A stretch of 64,000 nucleotides of DNA, from contig OZ024741.1 of NCBI GenBank assembly GCA_964016885.1, positions 76,446,001 through 76,510,000 on the forward strand. Reading direction: 5' to 3'. Origin of the DNA: Eledone cirrhosa. Lineage: Eukaryota. A model generated the notes under the pieces. The model saw only the letters and a list, made by a program, of their open reading frames with translations. It did not search any database and was not told the origin of the DNA. The position numbers were made by a program, and so were the translations under genes. Below are positions 27,095-43,457 of the stretch, in pieces (position 1 is the stretch's first letter; each line of letters starts with the position of its first letter).

Positions 27095-28139
27095 AACATT
27101 TCCGTGTAATGAAAACCAGCATTTACATTTTGAAGGGATTCATTCAAAAAGAAATGCTATGTCTCCTGATAAAATTCTCCAAGTCCTTGTTACATATCAA
27201 CGCCTACAACTAATATAGCATGTAGCACTTGGCGTTGTTGTTTAGCTCTAGGTCAACCCCAATAATAAAAATGTGTGTGGACGTGAATGCACGCATTTAT
27301 GTATCTAAAACAGAAATCTTAACCTAAGGTGGGAGTGGAGTTTAAGATTCTAGGGAGAAATTTGATGATTCCATTGTGGAAATTTATTTTTAGGTTGTAA
27401 AATTCTTCATCCTTTTTCCTACAGTCTTTGCATGATTTATTCTCCTAGATCTTGATTTTTAAGGGTGTTGATGTTAAATTAATATAATGTTACTAATTTT
27501 ATTAATTAAAAAACACCATAATAACTACCACAAGCGCTACAAGCACTGGCCTCCCCCATCACCACCATTGCCCTCACCACCATCACCAATATCACCACCT
27601 CAACAACTATCCATACTATCATCATAAACTACCATAACTTCAAGCCAGCGAGGAGTCTTTATGTGCACATACAACTCACTAGAAGTGGCAACCAAATCTC
27701 TTTCATACCACATTCTACTATCTTGGAAGAGGATGGAGTCCTGGCTACATTACTTACTCCTTAAAGTAAGACGAGAAGCTTGGTCGTGGCTGGAACGCCT
27801 TTTATTAAAAGTCTATTCGATAAGAGGAGACTTGGGACTGAACAACAACAAAAATGACATCCCACAGTCAATAAGAGAGGTTCTACAAGAACGCTCAAAT
27901 CGCAAAAAGTAACTCAAATCTCCTTCAAATCACAACCATTTGTCTTAAATAAGTAAAAGGCACAATTGATAATGTAGTCTTAAATCCCACTATGAAGGTG
28001 AAATGTTCATGGCTAGAATGCATTTGATATGTATTTTCGATCAGGTTTGACCTGGACCTAAACAAGAACAAATATCCGCAATTACACCAATACAACAACC
28101 ACTATTTTAACAACATCTCATCGTCTTTATGTGTCTCAT

Positions 28140-31100
28140 CTCCTATCACCACCACAACCACAACCACAACCACTACCATCACTACCATAACCAGCACTAA
28201 CAGCCACCATCACTCCACCACCATCACTACCACTACCACCACCACTACCACCACCACAACCACCACTACCACCACCACAACCACCACTACCATAACCAGC
28301 GCTAACAGCAACAGCAGCCACCACCACCACCAGCACTAACAACAGCCACTACCACTACTATCAACACCAACAACAACAGCCACTACCTCTACTACCAACA
28401 CTAACAACAACAGCCACTACCACAACCACCACCACCACTAACAACAGCCACTACCACCACCACCACCACTAACAACAGCCACTACCACCACCTCCACCAC
28501 TAACAACAGCCACTACCACCACCACCACCACTAACAACAGCAGCGACCACCCCACCACCAACACTAACAACAGCAGCGACCACCACCACCACCACCACCA
28601 ACACTAACAACAGCCACTACCACCACCACCAACACTAACAACAGCAGCGACCACCACCACCACTCACACTAACAACAGCAGCGACCACCACCACCACTCA
28701 CACTAACAACAGCAGCGACCACCACCACCACTCACACTAACAACAGCAGCGACCACCACCACCACCAACACTAGCAACAGCAGCGACCACCACCACCACC
28801 ACCAACACTAACAACAGCAGCGACCACCACCACCACTCACACTAACAACAGCAGCGACCACCACCACTCACACTAACAACAGCAGCGACCACCACCACTC
28901 ACACTAACAACAGCCACTACCACCACCACCACTAACAACAGCAGCGACCACCGCCACCACCAACACTAACAATAGCAGCGACCACCACCACCACCAACAC
29001 TAACAACAGCAGCGACCACCGCCACCACCAACACTAACAATAGCAGCGACCACCACCACCACCAACACTAACAACAGCAGCGACCACCACCACCAACACT
29101 AACAACAGCCACTACCACCACCACCACCACTAACAACAGCCACTACCACCACCACCACCACTAACAACAGCAGCGACCACCACCACCACCACCACTAACA
29201 ACAGCCACTACCACCACCACCAACACTAACAACAGCCACTACCACCACCACCACCACCAACACTAACAACAGCAGCGACCACCACCACCACCAACACTAA
29301 CAACAGCAGCGACCACCACCACCACCAACACTAACAACAGCAGCGACCACCACCGCCACCACCACCACTAACAACAGCCACTACCACCACCACCACCACT
29401 AACAACAGCCACTACCACCACCACCACCACTAACAACAGCAGCGACCACCACCACCACCACCACTAACAACAGCAGCGACCACCACCACCACCAACACTA
29501 ACAACAGCAGCGACCACCACCACCACCAACACTAACAACAGCAGCGACCACCACCACCACCACCAACACTAACAACAGCCACTACCACCACCACCACCAC
29601 TAACAACATCAGCGACCACCACCACCACCAACACTAACAACAGCAGCGACCACCACCACCACCACCACTAACAACAACAGCGACCACCACCACCACCACC
29701 ACCACTAACAACAGCCACCACCACCACCACCAACACTAACAACAGCCACTACCACCACCACCACCACTAACAACAGCCACTACCACCACCACCACCACTA
29801 ACAACAGCAGCGACCACCACCACCACCACCACCACTAACAACAGCCACTACCACCACCACCACCACTAACAACAGCAGCGACCACCACCACCACCACCAC
29901 CACTAACAACAGCCACCACCACCACCACCACCACTAACAACAGCCACCACCACCACCACCACCACTAACAACAGCAGCGACCACCACCACCACCACCACT
30001 AACAACAGCCACTACCACCACCACCAACACTAACAACAGCAGCGACCACCACCACCACCACCAACACTAACAACAGCAGCGACCACCACCACCACCAACA
30101 CTAACAACAGCAGCGACCACCACCACCACCAACACTAACAACAGCAGCGACCACCACCACCAACACTAACAACAGCAGCGACCACCACCACCACCAACAC
30201 TAACAATAGCAGCGACCACCACCACCACCACCACCACTAACAACAGCCACTACCACCACCACCAACACTAACAACAGCAGCGACCACCACCACCACCACC
30301 ACCACTAACAACAGCCACTACCACCACCACCAACACTAACAACAGCGACCACCACCACCACCACCACCACTAACAACAGCCACCACCACCACCACCAACA
30401 CTAACAACAGCAGCGACCACCACCACCACCACCACTAACAACAGCCACTACCACCACCACCAACACTAACAACAGCAGCGACCACCACCACCACCAACAC
30501 TAACAATAGCAGCGACCACCACCACCACCACCACCACTAACAACAGCCACTACCACCACCACCAACACTAACAACAGCAGCGACCACCACCACCACCAAC
30601 ACTAACAATAGCAGCGACCACCACCACCACCAACACTAACAATAGCAGCGACCACCACCACCACCACCACCACTAACAACAGCCACCACCACCACCACCA
30701 ACACTAACAACAGCAGCGACCACCACCACCACCAACACTAACAACAGCCACTACCACCACCACCAACACTAACAATAGCAGCGACCACCACCACCACCAC
30801 CACCACTAACAACAGCCACCACCACCACCACCAACACTAACAACAGCAGCGACCACCACCACCACCAACACTAACAACAGCCACTACCACCACCACCAAC
30901 AATAACAACAGCGACCACCACCACCACCACCACCACTAACAACAGCAGCGACCACCACCACCACCACCACCACTAACAACAGCCACTACCACCACCACCA
31001 ACACTAACAACAGCAGCGACCACCACCACCACTCACACTAACAACAGCAGCGACCACCACCACCACCACCAACACTAACAACAGCGACCACCACCACCAC

Positions 31101-32990
31101 CACCAACACTAACAACAACAGCCACTACCACCACCACCAACACTAACAATAGCAGCGACCACCACCACCACCACTAACAACAGCGACCACCACCACCACC
31201 AACACTAACAACAGCGACCACCACCATCACCACCACCACTAACAACAGCGACCACCACCACCACCAACACTAACAACAGCGACCACCACCACCACCACCA
31301 CCACTAACAACAGCAGCGACCACCACCACGACCACCACTAACAACAGCGACCACCACCACCACCAACACTAACAACAGCAGCAACCACCACCACCACCAA
31401 CACTAACAACAGCGACCACCACCACCACCACCACCACCACCACCAACACTAACAACAGCAGCGACCACCACCACCACCACCACTAACAACAGCCACTACC
31501 ACCACCACCACCACCACTAACAACAGCGACCACCACCACCACTCACACTAACAACAGCAGCAACCACCACCACCACTCACACTAACAACAGCAGCGACCA
31601 CCACCACCACCAACACTAACAACAACAGCGACCACCACCACCACTCACACTAACAACAGCAGCGACCACCACCACCACCACCAACACTAACAACAGCAAC
31701 GACCACCACCACCACCACCAACACTAACAACAGCAGCGACCACCACCACCACCACCACTAGCAACAGCAGCGACCACCACCACCACCAACACTAACAACA
31801 GCAGCGACCACCACCACCACTCACACTAACAACAGCAGCGACCACCACCACCACCAACACTAACATCAGCAGCGACCACCACCACCACCAACACTAACAA
31901 CAGCCACCACCACCACCACCACCACCACCACTAACAACAGCGACCACCACCACCACCACCACTAACAACAGCCACCACCACCACCACTAACAACAGCCAC
32001 CACCACCACCACCACCACTAACAACAGCCACCACCACCACCACCACCACCACCACTAACAACAGCCACCACCACCACCACCACCACTAACAACAGCGACC
32101 ACCACCACCACCACCACCACCACTAACAACAGCGACCACCACCACCACCACCACCACTAACAACAGCGACCACCACCACCACCACCACCACCACCACTAA
32201 CAACAGCGACCACCACCACCACCACTAACAACAGCCACCACCACCACCACCACCACTAACAACAGCGACCACCACCACCACCACCACTAACAACAGCCAC
32301 CACCACCACCACCACCACTAACAACAGCCACCACCACCACCACTAACAACAGCCACTACCACCACCACTAGCAACAGCAGCGACCACCACCACCACCACT
32401 AACAACAGCCACCACCACCACCACCACCACCACTAACAACAGCCACCACCACCACCACCACCACTAACAACAGCGACCACCACCACCACCACCACTAACA
32501 ACAGCGACCACCACCACCACCACCACCACTAACAACAGCGACCACCACCACCACCACCACTAACAACAGCGACCACCACCACCACCACCACTAACAACAG
32601 CCACCACCACCACCACCACCACTAACAACAGCCACCACCACCACCACCACCACTAACAACAGCCACTACCACCACCACTAGCAACAGCAGCGACCACCAC
32701 CACCACCACTAACAACAGCCACCACCACCACCACCACCACCACTAACAACAGCCACCACCACCACCACCACCACTAACAACAGCGACCACCACCACCACC
32801 ACCACTAACAACAGCGACCACCACCACCACCACTAACAACAGCCACCACCACCACCACCACTAACAACAGCCACCACCACCACCACCACCACTAACAACA
32901 GCCACCACCACCACCACCACCACTAACAACAGCCACCACCACCACCACCACTAACAACAGCCACTAACAACAACATCAATAATTACAATA
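28140..32990. repeat. Minisatellite, unit ACTAACAACAGC(AGCG/C)(ACC)n, about 25-35 bp
   Basis: Direct reading; units are mostly 3n+1 long, so TAA/TAG stops recur in every frame. Confidence 0.97.
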
Positions 32991-33582
32991 GTCACCACCA
33001 CCGTTTCCTTACTACTGTCAGAACGCCCATCAAAAAGAACAACAACAACAACCACTACCAACTACAATACATTTTACAGCCACCACCCTTAACTACAATC
33101 TAAAAGAACACCACCGCTACCACCACCACCACCACTACCACCGTTACCACAACCACCGCTACCACCATCACCACCGCCACCACCACGACCGCTACTACGA
33201 CGACCGCCATTACCACCACTACCACTATTATCACCGCCGTCACCACCACCAACATTACCACCACCACCACTACCACTAGAACTACCACCACCATCACCGC
33301 CGCCACCACTACTACTACCAGCACCATTACCATCACCACCACTACCACTACAACCACCGCCACCACCACCACCACTGCCAGAATTAACAACAACAACAAC
33401 TACCATAAATAAGATTTCCCTCATCATTCCATCAGAACGACGCCCTGTTCAGTTTTCTCAGCATTCTTCCTATTGTCTAGCTTGTAAATGTTAGTGTGGA
33501 TGGGGGGAGGGGGATTGACAACTGGAGAAGCATTCTTTATCACCATCATCATCATCATCATCACCATCATCGTCATTAACAC

Positions 33583-33623
<41 letters not shown>

Positions 33624-33693
33624 CCACCGTCGTCGCCATCGTACCGTAGTCCGTTATCGTCGTCGTCGTAGACATCTTTGTCATCGTTACTGT

Positions 33694-33978
33694 CCTTTCA
33701 TCCTTACGGGGTCGATAAAATAAAGTACCAGTAATACACTGGGTAATTGCTGGCCTTGTGCCAAAAGTAGAAACCATTATCACTAACACTATAACTATTT
33801 TTTCCTAGTTTTGGCACAAGGCCAGCAAAAACCCAGTACATTACTGGTACTTTGTTTCATCGACCCCGTAAGGATGAAAGGCAAAGTTAACCTCGGCGGG
33901 ATTTGAACTCAGACCATAAAGGGCCGTAACTCTATACTGCAAAGCATGGCGTCCGACTCTCTACCGATACTGCAATCC
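33694..33978. mobile_element. Two tRNA-SINE copies tail to tail (partial + 33694-33780; longer - 33791-33978)
   Basis: CCTTTCATCCTTACGGGGTCGATAAAATAAAGTACCAG on both strands; matches 40393-40575 and 57645-57825. Confidence 0.9.
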
Positions 33979-34269
33979 ACCACCTATAACATCGCATATA
34001 TCATCCTCATCATTATCATCATCATCATCACCATCATCATTATCATCGTTATCATTAGTCATCCTTATAATCCCAATCATTACCATCAATATACTCAACC
34101 TGTTATCGTTATCATCAGTATCATCGTCTCCATCATCAATAACCATTCTCTAAATCATCATCATCATCATCGTTGTCATCACCTCCATCATTACCATCCA
34201 CACCAGCTAAATGTGTGTTTCAGGATCATCGATATCAACATGAATACAACAATCATAAACAGTCACCGT

Positions 34270-37200
34270 CACCATCACCCTACCATCACCACTACCTTCA
34301 CCCCTACCATCACTCTACCATCACCACTACCACCATCACACCACTACCTTCACCACTACCATCACCCCTACCACCATCACATCACTACCATCACCACTAC
34401 CTTCACCCCTACCATCACTCTACCATCACCACTACCACCATCACACCACTACCTTCACCACTACCATCACCCCTACCACCATCACACCACTACCATCACC
34501 ACTACCTTCACCCCTACCATCACTCTACCATCACCACTACCACCATCACACCACTACCTTCACCACTACCATCACCCCTACCACCATCACACCACTACCA
34601 TCACCACTACCTTCACCCCTACCATCACTCTACCATCACCACTACCACCATCACACCACTACCTTCACCACTACCATCACCCCTACCACCATCACACCAC
34701 TACCATCACCACTACCTTCACCCCTACCATCACTCTACCATCACCACTACCACCATCACACCACTACCTTCACCACTACCATCAACCCTACAACCATCAC
34801 ACCACTACCATCACTACTACCACCATCACACCACTGCCATCACCACTACCATCACCCCTACCACCATCACACCACTACCATCACCACTACCGTCACCCCT
34901 ACCATCACTCTACCATCACCACTACCACCATCACACCACTACCTTCACCACTACCATCAACCCTACAACCATCACACCACTGCCATCACCACTACCACCA
35001 TCACACCACTGCCATCACCACTACCATCACCCCTACCACCATCACACCACTACCATCACCACTACCGTCACCCCTACCATCACTCTACCATCACCACTAC
35101 CACCATCACACCACTACCTTCACCACTACCATCAACCCTACAACCATCACACCACTGCCATCACCACTACCACCATCACACCACTGCCATCACCACTACC
35201 ATCAACCCTACAACCATCACACCACTACCATCACCACTACCTTCACCCCTACCATCACTCTACCATCACCACTACCACCATCACACCACTACCTTCACCA
35301 CTACCATCAACCCTACAACCATCACACCACTGCCATCACCACTACCACCATCACACCACTGCCATCACCACTACCACCATCACACCACTGCCAGCACCCC
35401 TACCACCATCACACCACTGCCATCACCCCTACCACCATCACACCACTACCACCATCACACCACTGCCATCACCACTAACACCATCACACCACTACCACCA
35501 TCACACCACTAACACCATCACACCACTAACACCATCACCACTAACACCATCACACCACTGCCATCACCACTACCACCATCACACCACTGCCATCACCCCT
35601 ACCACCATCACACCACTAACACCATCACCACTAACACCATCACACCACTGCCATCACCACTACCACCATCACACCACTAACACCATCACCACTACCACCA
35701 TCACACCACTAACACCATCACACCACTAACACCATCACACCACTGCCATCACCCCTACCACCATCACACCACTGCCATCACCCCTACCACCATCACACCA
35801 CTGCCATCACCCCTACCACCATCACACCACTGCCATCACCACTACCACCATCACACCACTGCCATCACCCCTACCACCATCACACCACTGCCATCACCAC
35901 TACCACCATCACACCACTACCATCACCACTACCACCATTACACCACTGCCATCACCACTACCACCATCACACCACTACCATCACCACTACCACCATCACA
36001 CCACTGCCATCACCACTACCACCATCACACCACTACCATCACCCCTACCATTCCCACTACCATCACCACTACCACCATCACACCACTGCCATCACCCCTA
36101 CCACCATCACACCACTGCCATCACCACTACCATCACCACTACCACCATCACACCACTGCCATCACCCCTACCACCATCACACCACTGCCATCACCACTAC
36201 CACCATCACACCACTGCCATCACCCCTACCACCATCACACCACTGCCATCACCACTACCACCATCACACCACTGCCATCACCCCTACCACCATCACACCA
36301 CTGCCATCACCCCTACCACCATCACACCACTGCCATCACCCCTACCACCATCACACCACTGCCATCACCCCTACCACCATCACACCACTGCCATCACCCC
36401 TACCACCATCACACCACTGCCATCACCCCTACCACCATCACACCACTGCCATCACCCCTACCACCATCACACCACTGCCATCACCACTACCACCATCACA
36501 CCACTGCCATCACCCCTACCACCATCACACCACTGCCATCACCCCTACCACCATCACACCACTGCCATCACCCCTACCACCATCACACCACTGCCATCAC
36601 CACTAACACCATCACACCACTGCCATCACCACTAACACCATCACACCACTAACACCATCACACCACTACCACCATCACACCACTGCCATCACCACTAACA
36701 CCATCACACCACTAACACCATCACACCACTAACACCATCACCACTACCACCATCACACCACTAACACCATCACCACTAACACCATCACACCACTAACACC
36801 ATCACCACTACATCACCACTACCACCATCACCACTAGTATTAACACAACCATCACCTCAGCATTACAACCACCAATATCGCCACTATCATTACTACCACC
36901 ACTATCATACACCTACCACCATCATACCATAACCACTACAACCATCACCGCTACCATCATCACACCACTACCATCACCCCTACCATTCCCACTACCATCA
37001 CCACTACCACCATCACACCACTGCCATCACCCCTACCACCATCACACCACTGCCATCACCACTACCACCATCACACCACTGCCATCACCACTACCACCAT
37101 CACCCCTACCACCATCACACCACTGCCATCACCACTACCACCATCACCACTACCACCATCACACCACTACCATCACCACTACCACCATCACACCACTACC

Positions 37201-40200
37201 ATCACCACTACCACCATCACACCACTACCATCACCACTACCACCATCACACCACTGCCATCACCACTACCACCATCACACCACTGCCATCACCACTACCA
37301 CCATCACACCACTACCATCACCACTACCACCATCACACCACTGCCATCACCACTACCACCATCACACCACTGCCATCACCCCTACCACCATCACACCACT
37401 GCCATCACCACTACCACCATCACACCACTGCCATCACCCCTACCACCATCACACCACTGCCATCACCCCTACCACCATCACACCACTGCCATCACCCCTA
37501 CCACCATCACACCACTGCCATCACCACTACCACCATCACCACTACCACCATCACCACTACCACCATCACACCACTGCCATCACCCCTACCACCATCACAC
37601 CACTGCCATCACCACTACCACCATCACACCACTGCCATCACCACTAACACCATCACCACTACCACCATCACCACTACCACCATCACACCACTGCCATCAC
37701 CCCTACCACCATCACACCACTGCCATCACCACTACCACCATCACACCACTACCATCACCACTACCACCATCACACCACTACCACCATCACACCACTAACA
37801 CCATCACCACTACCACCATCACACCACTAACACCATCACACCACTACCACATCACACCACTACCATCACCACTACCACCATCACACCACTAACACCATCA
37901 CACCACTGCCATCACCACTACCACCATCACACCACTGCCATCACCCCTACCACCATCACACCACTGCCATCACCACTACCACCATCACACCACTGCCATC
38001 ACCCCTACCACCATCACACCACTGCCATCACCACTACCACCATCACCACTACCACCATCACACCACTACCATCACCACTACCACCATCACACCACTACCA
38101 TCACCACTACCACCATCACACCACTACCATCACCACTACCACCATCACACCACTGCCATCACCACTACCACCATCACACCACTGCCATCACCACTACCAC
38201 CATCACACCACTACCATCACCACTACCACCATCACACCACTGCCATCACCACTACCACCATCACACCACTGCCATCACCCCTACCACCATCACACCACTG
38301 CCATCACCACTACCACCATCACACCACTGCCATCACCCCTACCACCATCACACCACTGCCATCACCCCTACCACCATCACACCACTGCCATCACCCCTAC
38401 CACCATCACACCACTGCCATCACCACTACCACCATCACCACTACCACCATCACCACTACCACCATCACACCACTGCCATCACCCCTACCACCATCACACC
38501 ACTGCCATCACCACTACCACCATCACACCACTGCCATCACCACTACCACCATCACCACTACCACCATCACCACTACCACCATCACACCACTGCCATCACC
38601 CCTACCACCATCACCACTACCACCATCACCACTACCACCATCACACCACTGCCATCACCACTACCACCATCACCACTACCACCATCACCACTACCACCAT
38701 CACACCACTGCCATCACCCCTACCACCATCACACCACTGCCATCACCACTACCACCATCACACCACTGCCATCACCACTACCACCATCACCACTACCACC
38801 ATCACCACTACCACCATCACACCACTGCCATCACCACTACCACCATCACCACTACCACCATCACCACTACCACCATCACACCACTGCCATCACCACTACC
38901 ACCATCACCACTACCACCATCACCACTACCACCATCACACCACTACCATCACCACTACCACCATCACACCACTACCACCATCACACCACTAACACCATCA
39001 CCACTACCACCATCACACCACTAACACCATCACACCACTACCACATCACACCACTACCATCACCACTACCACCATCACACCACTAACACCATCACACCAC
39101 TGCCATCACCACTACCACCATCACACCACTGCCATCACCCCTACCACCATCACACCACTGCCATCACCACTACCACCATCACACCACTGCCATCACCCCT
39201 ACCACCATCACACCACTGCCATCACCACTACCACCATCACACCACTGCCATCACCCCTACCACCATCACACCACTGCCATCACCACTACCACCATCACAC
39301 CACTGCCATCACCCCTACCACCATCACACCACTGCCATCACCACTACCACCATCACACCACTGCCATCACCACTAACACCATCACACCACTGCCATCACC
39401 ACTAACACCATCACCCCTACCACCATCACACCACTGCCATCACCACTACCACCATCACCCCTACCACCATCACACCACTGCCATCACCCCTACCACCATC
39501 ACACCACTGCCATCACCACTACCACCATCACACCACTGCCATCACCACTACCACCATCACACCACTGCCATCACCCCTACCACCATCACACCACTGCCAT
39601 CACCCCTACCACCATCACACCACTGCCATCACCACTACCACCATCACACCACTGCCATCACCCCTACCACCATCACACCACTGCCATCACCACTAACACC
39701 ATCACACCACTGCCATCACCACTAACACCATCACACCACTAACACCATCACACCACTACCACCATCACACCACTGCCATCACCACTAACACCATCACACC
39801 ACTAACACCATCACACCACTGCCATCACCACTAACACCATCACACCACTAACACCATCACACCACTAACACCATCACCACTACCACCATCACACCACTAA
39901 CACCATCACCACTAACACCATCACACCACTAACACCATCACCACTACATCACCACTAACACCATCACCACTAGTATTAACACAACCATCACCTCAGCATT
40001 ACAACCACCAATATCGCCACTATCATTACTACCACCACTATCATACACCTACCACCATCATACCATAACCACTACAACCATCACCGCTACCATCATCACA
40101 CCACTACAACCAGCATACCACTACTACCAGCATATCACTACCTCCAGCAACTCTACCAGCATCACCACCATCACCACAACCACCACCACACCCCTATCAT

Positions 40201-40350
40201 GATTACCACTATCACCATTACCACCACCCTACTACCATTATACCACTACCCTCATCGCACCAATATCACCACTACCACCACCATTAACACTACAACTATC
40301 ACACCTCTACTACCATCACACCACCATCACCACTACCACCACCACCACTA
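34270..40350. repeat. Minisatellite, 29-bp core ACCACTGCCATCACCCCTACCACCATCAC with higher-order units
   Basis: Direct reading; 105-bp higher-order unit at about 34280-34800; a complex block at 36827-36970 recurs at 39962-40107. Confidence 0.97.
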
Positions 40351-40392
40351 CAAAACACTTACACCAATGCCACCCTCATTATAACAGCATTA

Positions 40393-40575
40393 TTGGCAGT
40401 ATCGGTAGAGGGTCTGATGCCATGCTTTATAAGCAAAGAGTTACAGCCCTTTATGGTCTGAGTTCAAATCCCGCCAAGGTTAACTTTGCCTTTCATCCTT
40501 ACGGAGTCGATAAAATAAAGCATCAGAAATACACTGGGGTAATTGCTGGCCTTGTGCCAAAAGTAGAAAAAATAT
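40393..40575 (+). mobile_element. tRNA-derived SINE (abundant family)
   Basis: TGGCAGTATCGG A box, GAGTTCAAATCC B box, TTTGCCTTTCATCCTT core. Confidence 0.88.
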
Positions 40576-41413
40576 TATTACCACTACCATTATCCCTACC
40601 AACATAACTACCGACTTCAATATCACATAACCCCATGACCATCACCAATACGGAAGCCTCATCCCCACCCAGCAACGAAAAGGAAGAACACATTAGATGA
40701 TGTAATTCTAGATATCCCTTAAAAAGACATGATGGTCACGCCTGGAATTCCTTTCATCATGGGTCTGCTCGTTCAACAACACAACTATAACCATCAGCAC
40801 TATTTATAACTTCTACCATCACCACTAATCATAACTAATAACACTACAAACACCCCGACCATCACCAGTACTACCAAAATTATGGCCATCACGACCACCA
40901 TCGCCACCAGCACTATATCCATCACCACACACCACCAAAAATATAAATAACCTCAACACTAACGCCAGAATTATTAACCACTAAAAACACACAAACATTC
41001 CCATCATCATCAGCACTGCTAAAACTAAACTATAACCACCGCCACCACCAACAACAACAACGACAACACAGTTATTAACAACGAACAAGCGCGCCACCAC
41101 CACCACCACCACTGTCAGGACTATAGCCATCACACCCACCACTGTTACCTCACCTCCAACACCATCTCTACCATCACAATCAGCGCTACAAATACCACTA
41201 CCACAACAAATACCACCAACACCAATATCATCACTAACAGCCACACCAACAGACCACCACCACCACTACCCACCATCTTTATCAGTGTAATCTATCCCGA
41301 GAAGTTACACAAACATTTACCAGTTTTCTCTGTACAGTTTCACCATTGTTGACAGTATAACTTCACATCTGCTTTCACACACACACACACGTACACACAC
41401 ACGTACACACACA

Positions 41414-41517
<104 letters not shown>

Positions 41518-41964
41518 AATTAGTCCAGTGTGAGCAGGACATGGTCATTTGCTCTAGCTTGGCTCACATCTGGACAAAGCGTCTAACCCACGCTAGCATG
41601 GATAAATGGACCTTAAATGGTGATGATGATGATAATATATATATATATATGTGCGTGTGTGTATACAGATATATAATTATAGGAAAGAACCCACAAATGG
41701 TGTACATTGTGTATATAGATATACACGCATATGAATGTTTATAGTCACAAAAATAGACACGTGCAATATATACAACGCCTTTTTTATAATTTTACAAACA
41801 AAAGCTTGAAAGCACTTCATACAATCCACAAGTACTCACACTCTCACACACACGTGTGTGTTGTGGATATATGTGTATATGTACGTGTGAGATAAACAAG
41901 GACAACGCCTCATCCCCAACCCAAACTACGTGATGTTTATAGCAACCAAATAGAGAACGATGAG

Positions 41965-42335
41965 AGCCAAACAAAGATTTACTACTAAAGAGCAAATGTC
42001 TTGAGAAAAGCATTGTATAGCGAGTTGATATTTCAGCCAGTAAAACATCAACACGCTATACATCGCTTACAGAACATTCTTTGAAGTGACGACTACTCCA
42101 TCACAACAGCTCGTTCCATCTCTGCCACAACACTTTCAAAGTACCTTTGGAAATTGAAGAATAAAGGAGAGACAACCAGCTTCTCGTGGGCAGTATGCAA
42201 TAACGCATGGGCGTTTAAGACCTGATCAAAAATCTGCGAACTTTGATTTTCAAAAGAATTCCACATCATCAACCATTCTATCCGAATCTTAAATATAGAG
42301 AACGGATTAATTTAGAGTTGCCAACATTTATTTTT
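41965..42335 (+). mobile_element. Penelope-like GIY-YIG endonuclease remnant
   Basis: Reads KCLEKSIV*RV, RYTSLTEHSLK*R, TTLSKYLWKLKNKG, W, SKICEL, SCQH; colinear with the C-terminus of ORF 50355-51275. Confidence 0.8.
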
Positions 42336-42579
42336 AAAAATATTTACTCCTAGAGTCATCATTACTTTCCGACTCACTGACATATATGACCGGCAGACCG
42401 AAATTCAAGTTTATCACACATAAATTAACATACGCACACACACACATACACAGGGATGCGCGAGTGCACGTGTATAGTAAACAGAATAATGTACAAATGT
42501 CAGGAAAGTGAACAGTGTGTGAGTCATGATATACACACAGACACACACACATGCGTGCGTATGTATGGAGAGGGAATAT

Positions 42580-43200
42580 CAGGTGCAGTGTTGGTGAATT
42601 TTGGGAAGCATGGAAGTTTTGAAGGATGTAGTGTCCCGACAGCTAACAACTGATGCAGGTAGTTTGTTCCATGCTTCAGCAACTCTGAGCGTGAAAAAAA
42701 TGTTTCCGAAAGTCATAGGAGCTGTGCTGTTTTCTGATTTTATAAGCATGTCCACGGGTGTTAGACACATGGAATTCAAAAAGGTGCTCAGGGTTGTTGT
42801 TGGAAAGAGGGTTAATAATCTTCTGGGTGTCTACCAAGTCAGTAGCCATACGTTGGAGCTTTAATGTATCCATGCCCAGAGAAGCAAGGCGTTCAGAGTA
42901 TAGTAGATGCCTGATGGAGGGTATTCGTTTGGTTGCACATCTCTGAACAGTTTCCAGATCAATATTCTGAGCAAGATATGGGTTCCAGACTGGTGATGCA
43001 AATTCTAAATGTTTAGTTTCCCACAGCCTTTTCATTGTCAGCTGTTGTGGGTACACTATGCTCAGACCAACTGGAGTCCCTTTTCCATGTCTCATCAGAC
43101 TTAACAAATTTCCATATCTGCCCATCGTCGCATAGGTTAAAAATTTCATGTGATGCTGAGTTGCGATTTAAGAAAGCCACATCACATGCTTTGGGAGTAT
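42580..43200 (-). mobile_element. CR1/L2-group LINE 3' fragment
   Basis: HLEFASPVWNPY, LETVQRCATK, YSERL, TRGHAYKI, FFTLRVAEAWNKLPASVV. Confidence 0.9.
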
Positions 43201-43366
43201 CTCAGGTGGTAAGCCAGGGTGAGTTCGAAAGGTAATTCGATTTTCACACATAGCATTTTCAGAGGCTAAACGATATGCGCGTGCCTCGGTAGAGCTTGCG
43301 GAAGACGCCCTAATTAGTCTGGGTTTGGAACCTGGTCGACAAAGATGAAGGGCACTTTTTCTGATA

Positions 43367-43405
43367 CTGAGATAGCTGTGATATGATCACAGTTAGAAAT
43401 GCTCA
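43367..43405 (+). ncRNA. Degenerate hammerhead ribozyme remnant
   Basis: CTGAGA (core one nt short), 9-bp stem II TAGCTGTGA/TCACAGTTA, then GAAA and TGCTC. Confidence 0.4.
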
Positions 43406-43457
43406 CTGTGAAACTAAATATATGTTTATTACACATAAACGTATTGTATGTAGGTCC

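Noticed and set aside
33089-33427. Gly/Ser-rich minus-strand ORF
   Set aside because: Trinucleotide low-complexity edge of the minisatellite, open in two frames.
33946-35729. 510-aa and 518-aa His/Thr/Pro-rich ORFs
   Set aside because: They come from the stop-poor CAC minisatellite, are open in several frames, and one ATG lies in an antisense SINE.
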